59,880 bases of DNA, taken from positions 1 through 59,880 of IMG/VR virus record IMGVR_UViG_3300025888_000275; one strand, written 5' to 3'. The DNA comes from a virus. Taxonomy: Duplodnaviria; Caudoviricetes. Position 1 is the stretch's first letter, and each line of letters starts with the position of its first letter. The notes below the pieces were generated by a model that was given only the letters and a program-made list of their open reading frames with translations, searched no databases and was not told the origin of the DNA. Shown piece after piece: positions 38,295 through 48,708 of the stretch. Position numbers and translations under genes: made by a program.

Positions 38295-38374
38295 AAACAA
38301 CAATCCCCCGGTTCTCAGGCTGATTGCACAGCCTGCCGGGGGATATTAAATTCACATTTAACACCGTAAAGATC

Positions 38375-38635
38375 ATGAAAAAACAAGAAGAAAACAAAAC
38401 GGAGAATTGCACGCTTGTTAATGGCGTGATGCTGACCGAAGCCGCAGTAGATTTTATCAAATCGCTGCAACACGAGAATAACAGCTACCTTAAAGAGGTG
38501 TGCGAAGAACTGAACACAACAATTTCGATGTTGATTGATGTGCTGAACGATCCGGATGACGCTGCGGCTATTGTAGAACAGATTAAATACCTGAACACTT
38601 TCAGTAAAAACTTTAAAAGCCTGATGAAGCCATGA
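38375..38635 (+). CDS. Hypothetical protein (paralog A)
   Basis: VNGVMLTEAAVDFIKSLQ; start at 38375. Confidence 0.6.
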   Translation: MKKQEENKTENCTLVNGVMLTEAAVDFIKSLQHENNSYLKEVCEELNTTISMLIDVLNDPDDAAAIVEQIKYLNTFSKNFKSLMKP

Positions 38636-38889
38636 ACACACCGGAAATAAAAACAAACATCGAAGTAGGTGGCGTAGTACTCACCGAAAAAGCCATTGCC
38701 CGCCTTAAACAACTTCAGGAACGCGACAACGACGGAATTGACCACATGAGCAAAATTATACAGATGGGCATTCGCGCTATTGTTCGTAATCTCGACAATT
38801 TTGACCCGGAAGAAATGAAGAAAATACAAAGCGTATTAGTTGATCTGTCGTATGTTTGCGATTGGATTGAGGATTTGGAAAAGCCATAA
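38632..38889 (+). CDS. Hypothetical protein (paralog B)
   Basis: VGGVVLTEKAIARLKQLQ; ATGA overlap with paralog A. Confidence 0.6.
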   Translation: MNTPEIKTNIEVGGVVLTEKAIARLKQLQERDNDGIDHMSKIIQMGIRAIVRNLDNFDPEEMKKIQSVLVDLSYVCDWIEDLEKP

Positions 38890-39048
38890 AGCCCCCTCTA
38901 AATCTCCTCCCATGGGGGGAGACTTGAAGAATGCCCTGAATATAGGTTGACTATGTTCGGGGCATTGTTGTACGGCTATTGACGCGCAAGCTGTCCTTTT
39001 TTATATCGGTCAATTAATGAATTTTTGCATCAACAAAAAATACTAACG

Positions 39049-39240
39049 ATGGAACGAATAAAGGCATTTGTAAAAAAGCGTGCCCTGAATGTCAGGAGCA
39101 CGCCTCGTAAACTTCTCGAAGAGCAGATTGATGTAATCGCCGTATCGGAAGTTATTTCAATTTTCGAAATGATTGAAAATGGAGAAATCGAACATTTTCT
39201 CCAGCATGTTTCAGACATTAGTTCCGAAACAGATCAGTAA
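39049..39240 (+). CDS. Small hypothetical protein
   Basis: Follows the promoter-like motif at 38993. Confidence 0.45.
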   Translation: MERIKAFVKKRALNVRSTPRKLLEEQIDVIAVSEVISIFEMIENGEIEHFLQHVSDISSETDQ

Positions 39241-39590
39241 TTTTTGTACTCCTGCGTTAATTCGATACCTTCGTTTACAATTTCAATAATTTCATCCGAA
39301 CCTGAAGCAAACTCAACTCTCTGCGCTAACAGTTTTAGAGCTTCCTTCTTTTCGGAATCAATTTTTCTGGAAATGAACTTGTTAATAGCAGCAACCAGGT
39401 ATTTTTTAATTTGGTCAAGTTGTTTGTCAAACGATGGTAAATGTTTAACGCATGAATTTCCTTGTTCAGCCCAGATCAGGTTTTGCAGCGTCGATAAATG
39501 CATTCCTGGCTTACGGTTGTTGTAAGCTTGATGGGCTCTCTTTACGAATGTTTCGTAATTCATACCTTGCAGGTAACTTTCTGTACTCAT
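39234..39590 (-). CDS. Hypothetical protein (moron)
   Basis: 118 aa reverse-strand ORF with ATG start. Confidence 0.6.
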   Translation of the reverse strand: MSTESYLQGMNYETFVKRAHQAYNNRKPGMHLSTLQNLIWAEQGNSCVKHLPSFDKQLDQIKKYLVAAINKFISRKIDSEKKEALKLLAQRVEFASGSDEIIEIVNEGIELTQEYKNY

Positions 39591-39966
39591 ATTGTAAAAA
39601 TTTTAGTGCTCAATAAAAGTACAATTTTATTAATCGATTTTCAAGGCAGCTTTCCCGGCTGCTTTTTTGTGTAGAGATTAAAAAACCTTCAGCAGAAATG
39701 CCGGAGGTTTTTTTTGTCCTACAGCCCCACCCAAACCCTCCCCAAAAGGGAGGGCTTAAAAAATGTCCTTTCGGGGGTGGTGGCAATGGTAGATATTTGA
39801 TTAAAATAGAAGCCCCCACCAAACCTCCCCCGCAGGGTGAGGCTTAAAGAACGAAGAAATGAGGTTATGATATGAACAGAAACATTACAATATTAATCGA
39901 AGCGGTTCCGGCTCCCTCCCCCTGTGGGGAGGGCTGGGGTGGGGCTGTAGTTAAGGGAGGCTTCTG

Positions 39967-40401
39967 ATGGACCAGATACAGATACAGTTTGCGAATAAGA
40001 TTCTGAAGGAGGAATGGAAGGAGTTTGAAGATATTCAGGATAGGGTGATTGCTATGCGAACGAGGCGGGTGTCGGGAACCTTGCGCAACGAGCATGGAAA
40101 CCGGAAATACTCGGTAGCAACTACGGGCGCAATGGAGATTACCAGCAAATTGGTGCACCCTGACTATGAACGGTTTCTGGATATGAAAAGTGATAGAATA
40201 TCGGTTAGACGGAAGCCAAAAAAAGGAGCAAAACGGGGATTGTCGGCACTCTTCCCGAACAACGATAAGATTACACGCAAACGCGGGCGGAATATACATA
40301 ACAAAATCATATTTGGACGGTTGAACCCGATCAGTTTCAGGCTGATGCATGAGTTACGGAGCGAAGTGGTGAAAGGGGCAAGGGAAACGCTGGCGCCGTA
40401 G
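39967..40401 (+). CDS. Basic neck/tail morphogenesis protein
   Basis: SGTLR, HPDYERFLDM, IHNKIIFG motifs; precedes the tape measure gene. Confidence 0.5.
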   Translation: MDQIQIQFANKILKEEWKEFEDIQDRVIAMRTRRVSGTLRNEHGNRKYSVATTGAMEITSKLVHPDYERFLDMKSDRISVRRKPKKGAKRGLSALFPNNDKITRKRGRNIHNKIIFGRLNPISFRLMHELRSEVVKGARETLAP

Positions 40402-40530
40402 TCAGTGGTCAGTGGTCAGTCGCAGTGGTCAGTAAACAGTGGTCAGTAACCCCTCGCTTCGAATATGGGATTGCTTCGTGCCTCGCAATGACGGTAAATA
40501 GTAAATATTTTAAATAGTAAATATTTCGCG

Positions 40531-43500
40531 ATGAATAAGAAAATATACAACGAGGATTTGATTTTGAACCTGATTGTAAACGGGGACAAGGTTACACCGG
40601 GCAATACTAAGTTGTTGCAGGAACTTTACAAACTTGACGATGCTACCCGCCAGTTTCAACTACGCAATGCAGCCCTCGAACTTCAAAAGCGGGAACTGGT
40701 CAAAACGGACACGAACTATGCGGCCAAGCTAAAGTTGATCAATGCCCAGATGAAGGCCAACGATACTGCGATACAGAGCAACCAGATTGCTATGCAGAAT
40801 TTGCGCAAAGAGATTGGAATAGCAGGATTGACCGTTAACCAGTTGAATACCTACCTTAAAGTTTTAAAAATACAGTTGGCCAATGCTTCGGACCCTAAAG
40901 CAATGAGGCTGCTACGAAATGAAATACAGGAAGTAAATACCCGCGTTACCACTATGACCACCGGAGCCAGCCGACTGAGCCAGGCATGGAGTAAATGGGC
41001 GCGTGAGGCGAACAAATACAGCGCAGCAATAGGGTGGATCTCGATTGCTGTATTTGGTATTGGATCGGCAGTTTCGAAAACGGTGGAGTGGATTGGGTTG
41101 CTTGACCGGACACTATCAGGAGTGATGAAGACTTCGGGACTGACGCGGGAGGAAGCCATGAAGCTGAAACGCGAGTTTGACCGGATGCAGACCCCGACCA
41201 AGAGCGACGATTTGCTGGCTATTGCGCGTATAGCGGGTATGTTGGGCATTACCGGCTTCGAGAACATCAAGAAATTTACCGGTGCGGTTGATATTTTGCA
41301 GATTTCGCTGGGCGAAGATTTGAATACCAGTGTGGAAGAAACGGCCACTAAAGTAGGCAAGCTGGTGAACGCCTTCAGGGTAACGGATAAGATGCCGATT
41401 GATGAAGCGTTGCTGCGTACCGGTTCGGTATTGAACGAGCTGGATAAGGCGAGTGTGGCCAGCGCCGGAACCATATTGGAATATATGACGAGACTGAGTT
41501 CGCTGGGAACTTCGGCCAATTACCCCATGGAGAAACTGGCCGGACTGGGCGCAACGCTGGAAAGTGTGAACATACCGGCAGAGCGCGGGAGTACGGCGCT
41601 GCGCAATATTATTAGCGGGTTGGGAAAATACGGGGATAAATTTGCCCGGATACTGGGCGTCACTACCGAAGAGTATAGGAAATTGGTGGAGACCGACATT
41701 AACGGAACGTTCCTGAAGTTGATTGAGTTGACGGCCAAAGGCGATAAGAGTATTATGGACGTGGTGGCGAGTATGGGCGATTTCGAAGTTTCGGGGGTAC
41801 GTGTGGCAGAAGTATATTCGGCACTGGCCAAAAACATTGATGTGATAAGGGTGCAGCAAGCAATAGCTACCAAGGCATTTGAAAGTTCGGCCTCGGTAAT
41901 GGGCGAATATCTGATTACCCTGAGCGACTACCAGAGCGCGATTGATTTGCAGAAAAAGCGGGTTAGGGCGCTGGCCGATGAGTATAATTTGGTGTGGAAA
42001 GGATCGCTGTATAACGTGTATAAGTTATGGGTTGATTTTTTGTATTTGTTAAAGGATTTGACGGGTTGGATTAGCTTGCATGGAAGGCAGATACTAGCAT
42101 TGATACCATTGTATGCAGCATGGAAAAGTACGGCTATTGCTGTATGGATTACCTCTGTGTGGCAAGCTAACCGGTTGTTGGTTATCGGACTGTGGGATAC
42201 TATTAAAACCACAATTACTGCGAATTCTGTTTTTATTGCATTCCAAAAAAACGGAATACGTGGTGCCATGGTTGCACTCAGGGCATTATGGGCGACTATG
42301 GAGGTAAACCCGTTGGGATTGGTTATTGGCGCACTGAGTTTATTGGTTGCAGGGGTCATGTTTTTTACGGCCAAGACTGATAAAATGAGGAATGCTTTGG
42401 GTGAAATGTCGGATGATATGATAAAGGCGAAGATGGACCTGAACGGTGTGTTTGAGGAATTGAAAAAGTCGGCTGTTGGTACAGAACAACGGGTGGCACT
42501 GATTAAAACCATTAACGAACAATATGGACAATATTTGCCACAGATGCTTACGGAAGCTGATAATCTGGCAACCATTGAGGAGGCACAACGCAAAGCGAAT
42601 ATTGCATTAGAGAAAAGTATATCACTAAAATATCAGGAATCTGTTTTCGATAAGCTGATGCAGGAGAATGCAGAAAAAAGACAAAAAGCAATTCTGAAAA
42701 TTACTTCTAATATAGAAAAAGACAGGGGTACTGTTGCCGCAGGAACCGCAATGTCGCAACTGGATAAGTATGCAGCGGATGTTTTATCGGGTAAAAGTTC
42801 GGGTGATAGCAAAGATATCGATCAATATGGTCAGCAATTTTTAACGAATTGGGATTTAATAAGCGCCAAAGAATCGGATGGTATGTATCAATACCTCCGC
42901 CTACTGAAAGAACAGTTGAAAGAAAAACAACGACTTACAGGATTTATACAGGGATATACCACGATGAATGCAGGAACCAGCGAATATAAATATGGGAACG
43001 AAAGCACATCAAATGGACCTTCGACAGGCTCAGTAACCACCAATACCCCGCTGATGAGTGAGGATACCTTTAAATTAAAGAATAAAGCGCTGGAGACGGA
43101 GAATACTTTACGGGAAACAATACTGGAGAACCGGAAGATGAAGGATGATGAGCGTAATCTGGCTGAGTTGGCAAACGAGCGGGTGTTTTTAAATAAGAAA
43201 CTTGCACTGCAACTCGAATATGATAAGGGTGATGCAGCGGCAGTGGCGGGTTTAAACCTTCTGTTGGCCAAGAATGCGCGAAGCATTGCGGATGCAGGGA
43301 ACAAGGAGATAAAAGCACAGGAGAAGATTGACAAGAAATTGCTGGATATGTCGAAGATCAGGACGGAGGCGATGATTGAAGGCAGGGATAAGGATTTGGC
43401 GGAGGAAGTGAACCGTAGCGCTGATTTGATTACTGAATATGAGGCTTCGAGGTATTCGCAGGCAGAAATTGACACCGCGATAAAGGAGGGACGCCTCAAA

Positions 43501-44733
43501 GATGCGGAGGACTACCAACAACGCAACCGAAATGTTGACGAGGCGGTGGCATTGGAAACGCAGAACCATTTTAATAAAATGTATGACATTAACCTGAAAT
43601 ATATTGACGAGCAATTAAAGTTGGATACAATCAGCTTTTCGGAGCGGTTGGCTACGCTTGAAGTACAGTATCAACAGGGAGAAATTAAAGAAAAAGATTA
43701 CCTGGCCCGAAAACAGGCACTTCAGGATGAGTACACAAAAGTGCTGGTGAGGTGGAACAGGAAAAACGGGGATGTGGATACCGAGGCCATGGACGCTGAG
43801 ATTGCAGCAGCTGTAACAACCGGCGAACTATTGTGTGCAACCGAGGAACAAATTCAGCAAGCCATCACAGATATTCGCAAGAAATATGCCCAAAAGCGGG
43901 AGAAAAACGCGGAAACCAATGCACAGCGGGAACTTCGGATATTAAAAGAAAATTTTTCGCAGCAACAGTTAGATGCTTTCGCCCAAGGAGAATTTGTTGT
44001 TGGATTGGCACAACAAATTGGTCAGGGAGTTGGATCGGCCATTGGATTATTATTTGACGATACGCAAAAAACCAATGAGGCCATTTTGAAGGCGCTTATT
44101 GAAACCGTTTTGGACGGAGCACATGCCGCAATTATGGCGTGGTATGCAGTGATCCTTGCGCGGGAAATTGCAACAAAGGGTGTTTACGGAATTCCAACAG
44201 CAGCAATATATATGGGATTGATAGAAGTTGCCTTTGGCGCTGCAAAAGCATTGCTCGGTACATGGGATACAAAAAAGGCCGCGACTACCACTACTCAGGC
44301 TGCATCGGGTATTTACCCTGTAATTGGTGCTGATGACGGGAAGTTGTATAACGCGGGTTACCAGCAACGGGCGGTGACGGGTATTTATAATGAGCCGACA
44401 CTGATAGCCGAACGCCCTGAGATGGTAATTGACTACCCTACCCTGCGCAACATTAAGATGAACGCCCCGGGGCTGATTGATACGATTTACCAGATGCGGG
44501 TGCCGCAGTATGCAAATGGGAGATACACAACAGGAGACGGGAGACGGGAGACGGGAGACGGAATCAGTCGCAGTGGTCAGTCGCAGTCGCAGTATGCAAT
44601 ACCGGTGGAACAGTTGGTAGTAATGAACCGGTTTCTTGATCGCATCGAGCAATGGAACCCATCAATCGCGATTGAGACGTATGAGCGCAAGAAGGATAAC
44701 TGGAAGAAAATCACAGGCGGCGGACTGAAATAA
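40531..44733 (+). CDS. Tail tape measure protein
   Basis: 1400 aa; coiled coils, TP901-type core (AERGSTALRN), NPLGLVI hydrophobic segment. Confidence 0.9.
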   Translation: MNKKIYNEDLILNLIVNGDKVTPGNTKLLQELYKLDDATRQFQLRNAALELQKRELVKTDTNYAAKLKLINAQMKANDTAIQSNQIAMQNLRKEIGIAGLTVNQLNTYLKVLKIQLANASDPKAMRLLRNEIQEVNTRVTTMTTGASRLSQAWSKWAREANKYSAAIGWISIAVFGIGSAVSKTVEWIGLLDRTLSGVMKTSGLTREEAMKLKREFDRMQTPTKSDDLLAIARIAGMLGITGFENIKKFTGAVDILQISLGEDLNTSVEETATKVGKLVNAFRVTDKMPIDEALLRTGSVLNELDKASVASAGTILEYMTRLSSLGTSANYPMEKLAGLGATLESVNIPAERGSTALRNIISGLGKYGDKFARILGVTTEEYRKLVETDINGTFLKLIELTAKGDKSIMDVVASMGDFEVSGVRVAEVYSALAKNIDVIRVQQAIATKAFESSASVMGEYLITLSDYQSAIDLQKKRVRALADEYNLVWKGSLYNVYKLWVDFLYLLKDLTGWISLHGRQILALIPLYAAWKSTAIAVWITSVWQANRLLVIGLWDTIKTTITANSVFIAFQKNGIRGAMVALRALWATMEVNPLGLVIGALSLLVAGVMFFTAKTDKMRNALGEMSDDMIKAKMDLNGVFEELKKSAVGTEQRVALIKTINEQYGQYLPQMLTEADNLATIEEAQRKANIALEKSISLKYQESVFDKLMQENAEKRQKAILKITSNIEKDRGTVAAGTAMSQLDKYAADVLSGKSSGDSKDIDQYGQQFLTNWDLISAKESDGMYQYLRLLKEQLKEKQRLTGFIQGYTTMNAGTSEYKYGNESTSNGPSTGSVTTNTPLMSEDTFKLKNKALETENTLRETILENRKMKDDERNLAELANERVFLNKKLALQLEYDKGDAAAVAGLNLLLAKNARSIADAGNKEIKAQEKIDKKLLDMSKIRTEAMIEGRDKDLAEEVNRSADLITEYEASRYSQAEIDTAIKEGRLKDAEDYQQRNRNVDEAVALETQNHFNKMYDINLKYIDEQLKLDTISFSERLATLEVQYQQGEIKEKDYLARKQALQDEYTKVLVRWNRKNGDVDTEAMDAEIAAAVTTGELLCATEEQIQQAITDIRKKYAQKREKNAETNAQRELRILKENFSQQQLDAFAQGEFVVGLAQQIGQGVGSAIGLLFDDTQKTNEAILKALIETVLDGAHAAIMAWYAVILAREIATKGVYGIPTAAIYMGLIEVAFGAAKALLGTWDTKKAATTTTQAASGIYPVIGADDGKLYNAGYQQRAVTGIYNEPTLIAERPEMVIDYPTLRNIKMNAPGLIDTIYQMRVPQYANGRYTTGDGRRETGDGISRSGQSQSQYAIPVEQLVVMNRFLDRIEQWNPSIAIETYERKKDNWKKITGGGLK

Positions 44734-44923
44734 TTTACGAATAGACAATTTACTATTTACGATTGGCCGCTTTGATCGGCGCGCTGGGGTTTAATTAGTA
44801 AATCGTAAATAATTAAATTGTAAATGGATTAAATCGTAAATATATTGTCCTTTCTCCTATCTCCATTCTCCTGTACTTTCAAATTGTAAATTGTAAATAG
44901 TAAAATCGTAAATATTCAAAATT

Positions 44924-46489
44924 ATGATCTTAACAATTCCAGGCGGGGCATCGCAAACATGGGGCAATCCCATATTACTGAACGTTTCTGAAATAGTTTA
45001 CCCTGGGGATGCAGTTAATCCGCAGCTGTTTTATCAGGTTCGCATAAAAGCCACGTTAGAAGGTGTGTTGGTGCGCGAAGCGGCACTACTCCCAGATGGC
45101 TTCGGCAACGCATCAACCGACATAGCGCCTTTCATCACGTCGCCGGGTAGCATTGGCATAGAATGGGGAGAAAAATACCGCACCTTACTGGGCTGGGTGA
45201 CGAATTGGTTCACAGAGGATCACCGGGCAATAGAAATTGTAAACGAAACGGTTATTGTTGATGGGCAAATTACGATCCCGGGCGGAGCGGTGCAATTGTC
45301 GGGCAACCCAATACAGATAATTGTTACCACCACCGATGAAGCGATGGCCGGAAAAACGAATTATAAACTGGCATTAAAAGTTACCTGTGACGAATTAATG
45401 GGATCGCCTTATATCGAAGAAATAGCACCGTTGGCGCTTGTTTCGAAATTCGACATCAGCGGTTTTGTTGATCAACCGGTCGCGTTCGATTTCGATTACC
45501 CCGCAATAAATAAAGTCACCAGTCACACCGCCTTGTCTCTTACTGTCACAATTGATATTGGCGAAGTGTATATCGATGCTGACGGCGACAGGCAAGTTTC
45601 GTGGCCCGACCCGCCAACCAGCAAAATTATACAAGTATTAAAAGGCAAACTCAGGCCTTACGAATTGGCCCTTTTGAACGAAGCCGGAAAAACCTTTAAT
45701 ACTGAATATGTCGAAGGCGGTAAATTCCTGACACACATGTTGCAAAACCAAAAGGTTTCTCTGCTTCAGGAAATGAAACTTTGGTTTTTGAGCAAATGGG
45801 CCGCGGATACTCAAATTTTGCTGAACCTGGAAATTGAAACCGATCCTCCTTATTTTGTTGATCCGAATGATGGTGCAGTAACAAATTACGCTTTCCAATT
45901 TACTGACAACGTATTGATTGCAAATGCCTTAATCGAGTTTACGATCAACCCTACATTTATGGGGTTCGATGTACCGCCCGGAAGCCACGCCCCAGCCGGG
46001 ACTAAAACACTGGCCTATTCGTTCTGGATCAGCAATTATCCGGGCGATGATGAATTTGAATCGGAACACTTTCGTTTTGTAGTTGACAAAAACTATCACG
46101 AAAAAGAGTTTGTTTTTTACTACGTCAATCCGCTGTCAGGGATAGATTGCATAAGGTTAACCGGCGAATATGTAGAAACATTGCCAACCGAATCGGAACA
46201 ATCGTACAAACCAATACCCGAAGGATCGGGGACAAAAGTTGCAAGCCTGGTAACTACTTCGGCATCCGATCAACGAAGCTGGGAAATCAACACGGGTGCA
46301 AAAACCGCTGACGAAATGCGCGGGTTACGTGACTTTTTAACATCGAAACAAATATGGATGGTCGATCCTGAACGGGAAACCTACAAAAAGCTGATCCCTG
46401 TTTATCTCGAACCCGGTGATAATCTCATTTTCGACAGTATGCAGGACATCCAGAATTTCAGTATCAAAGTTTTTGAAGCACATAAATAA
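44924..46489 (+). CDS. Tail protein
   Basis: Follows the tape measure gene; YVNPLSGIDC, NTG motifs; duplicated N-terminal module. Confidence 0.65.
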   Translation: MILTIPGGASQTWGNPILLNVSEIVYPGDAVNPQLFYQVRIKATLEGVLVREAALLPDGFGNASTDIAPFITSPGSIGIEWGEKYRTLLGWVTNWFTEDHRAIEIVNETVIVDGQITIPGGAVQLSGNPIQIIVTTTDEAMAGKTNYKLALKVTCDELMGSPYIEEIAPLALVSKFDISGFVDQPVAFDFDYPAINKVTSHTALSLTVTIDIGEVYIDADGDRQVSWPDPPTSKIIQVLKGKLRPYELALLNEAGKTFNTEYVEGGKFLTHMLQNQKVSLLQEMKLWFLSKWAADTQILLNLEIETDPPYFVDPNDGAVTNYAFQFTDNVLIANALIEFTINPTFMGFDVPPGSHAPAGTKTLAYSFWISNYPGDDEFESEHFRFVVDKNYHEKEFVFYYVNPLSGIDCIRLTGEYVETLPTESEQSYKPIPEGSGTKVASLVTTSASDQRSWEINTGAKTADEMRGLRDFLTSKQIWMVDPERETYKKLIPVYLEPGDNLIFDSMQDIQNFSIKVFEAHK

Positions 46490-46605
46490 ATTAACAATTA
46501 GACCATTTACTGTGTACCGTCATTGCGAGGCACGAAGCAATCACATAATCGAAGCACTGGTGTTAAATAGTAAATTGTAAATAAATAAATAGTAAATTTT
46601 ATAAA

Positions 46606-48576
46606 ATGTTGGTCCTTACCTTAAATGGAAATATAATTCCTATTCCACTGGATTTCTCCATGCGCCTAACGTGGAAGAACCCGGCTTGCGATTTCGAGAA
46701 AATACCATCGGGGTACGGACTTGGTTTGTCGTTCCCGATCAACGAGCATACCCGCGCCCTGTTCGGTAACCCTGAGCGGTTTGCAAAGTACCGCACCGCA
46801 AACGATCAGAAGTTTCCGGGTTTTGAGGTCCGTTTTTCGGGCGTGTTGCTGATGTCCGGATCGTTGTCTATTACAACAGCTTCCGGGGGAAATTACGAAG
46901 CAACCATTATTGATGAAATTGGTGTGCTGGGCGAAAATGAACAGGAGCGCGATATATTGGAATTCCCAGAATTCAACAAATTGGTTAACTGGACAAACAG
47001 CGCGAATTATAGCCCCGATACGCACCCTTACTGTTGTTTCCCTATCATCAATGCTGGTTTTTTCAAGGAAAAAGGGCTCATAAAAAAAATACCCGTTTGG
47101 GAAACCGGGTTTGATGAATCAACTGGTAAACATTATAGTCGGGCAACCGGAGAATTTTACGATCAGGAAGTATTGAGCTATTGTTTTGGAAAAACTCCTA
47201 TATATAGTAAAGTCAACGCGTTGAATACGGATAATACGATCAGGCAAATTGCCGACACAATTAGTTTGAATGCAAATGATTTTACATCAAAAACGATCTC
47301 TGTAATTTCGCCTTTCTTTTTTCTGAACAAAACCATTTCGGATGCGCTTAAATCGGTCAATTTTTTTGTCGATTATAATATACTCAACGTATCTGAAATA
47401 TTCAGGATGCTATGTATTTATAATAATTTCGACATTACAACAAACACCTACACTGTCACCGAAGATTTAAGTTATCAGGAGATAGTGCTTATACCCGACG
47501 TATCGGTTGGGTTGGATGGTGGGCATGATTACAATAAACAACCCGGAGTAGTAGTAATATCAGATGGTTCAGCTCCTTCTGATGAAATAAATATTGTTTC
47601 GATCGGCAAAATAGTATCGGCATATATCAGGGCTTATCCGGCATCAATAAAAGCAAAGGATTATCTCCCCAAAATGAAATTAGGCGAATTGCTGCTTTCA
47701 ACTCAAAATACGCTGAACACTTGCTTCCATTTTTTACCCAATAGCACCGTAAATATTTACTCACGCGAAGCGATCATTACCGGTACGGCTACCGATCTGG
47801 ACCGCTATTTTTTAGGGACATGGGATATTGGCGAAAAAAAATGCGTTGCCCTTAATTTCACGCACGAAAACGATACCAAGGACCTTGTTTTCGAGGAAAG
47901 GTTTACCGACATCACCGATCGCAGGGCCGACATTAAAACCGCTGTTGCCAACTGGGAAGCGCTGTTAGCCGTAACCGCGCCAGTTGAAGGTGATATCCGA
48001 TGGGTTACAGCAGCAAATTCTTATTTCGAGTATCGGATGATTACTCAGACAATAGTCGATCAAACGACACTGGACGAAACTACAGTTGATGTTTTGGGCT
48101 GGGCTGAATTTTCTATCGGACTGCAAAACGGATGGTATCAATATGGCCGCAAGGAAGTTGAAGAAATTAAAACATCGTGGGGCACTTGTTTTGGCGATGC
48201 AACGAATACCCTTGTCAACCAGCAGGGAAATATGAATTCGTGGAAAGCAAAACTACAGCCGTTCGCGCCCCGGCTGCTTGTTTATGCCGGCAACAACCAT
48301 GGGGGGCCCGAAACAGACACTTTCTCGTTGGATTACGAAAAAGCAGGAAAAGGAATATTGCCAACATGCTGGAAAAACTGGAACGCGTTTTGGGCAAATC
48401 GCCTGGAAGTAACCGGAACTTTCGATTTTCCTGTAAATACACTGCGTCACCTCATTTACAATATTTGTGACAAGTACCGCACCCGCGAAGGCGAATTTAT
48501 GATTGACGAAATGAGCTGCGATATTTATGAAGATCGGATCGGGGAGACTGAGATCAAAGGATTTAAAGTAGAATAA
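46606..48576 (+). CDS. Tail / baseplate hub protein
   Basis: 656 aa in the tail module; SFPI..N N-terminus, YLPKM, PRLL motifs. Confidence 0.6.
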   Translation: MLVLTLNGNIIPIPLDFSMRLTWKNPACDFEKIPSGYGLGLSFPINEHTRALFGNPERFAKYRTANDQKFPGFEVRFSGVLLMSGSLSITTASGGNYEATIIDEIGVLGENEQERDILEFPEFNKLVNWTNSANYSPDTHPYCCFPIINAGFFKEKGLIKKIPVWETGFDESTGKHYSRATGEFYDQEVLSYCFGKTPIYSKVNALNTDNTIRQIADTISLNANDFTSKTISVISPFFFLNKTISDALKSVNFFVDYNILNVSEIFRMLCIYNNFDITTNTYTVTEDLSYQEIVLIPDVSVGLDGGHDYNKQPGVVVISDGSAPSDEINIVSIGKIVSAYIRAYPASIKAKDYLPKMKLGELLLSTQNTLNTCFHFLPNSTVNIYSREAIITGTATDLDRYFLGTWDIGEKKCVALNFTHENDTKDLVFEERFTDITDRRADIKTAVANWEALLAVTAPVEGDIRWVTAANSYFEYRMITQTIVDQTTLDETTVDVLGWAEFSIGLQNGWYQYGRKEVEEIKTSWGTCFGDATNTLVNQQGNMNSWKAKLQPFAPRLLVYAGNNHGGPETDTFSLDYEKAGKGILPTCWKNWNAFWANRLEVTGTFDFPVNTLRHLIYNICDKYRTREGEFMIDEMSCDIYEDRIGETEIKGFKVE

Positions 48577-48708
48577 AGCCCTTCCCCGACCCTCCCCAAA
48601 GGGGAGGGAGTAAGAACGCATTGAATGAGATAATGATATGAATAGGAACAATTTCAATATAACGGATCGCAAATCACCCCTCCTTCGGAGGGGCAGGGGG
48701 GAGGCCGT

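Noticed and set aside
19863-48608. GGGGAGGG as polar KOPS sites for the FtsK-gamma protein
   Set aside because: They occur within REP hairpins that also carry the complement, so there is no polarity; the host KOPS sequence is unknown
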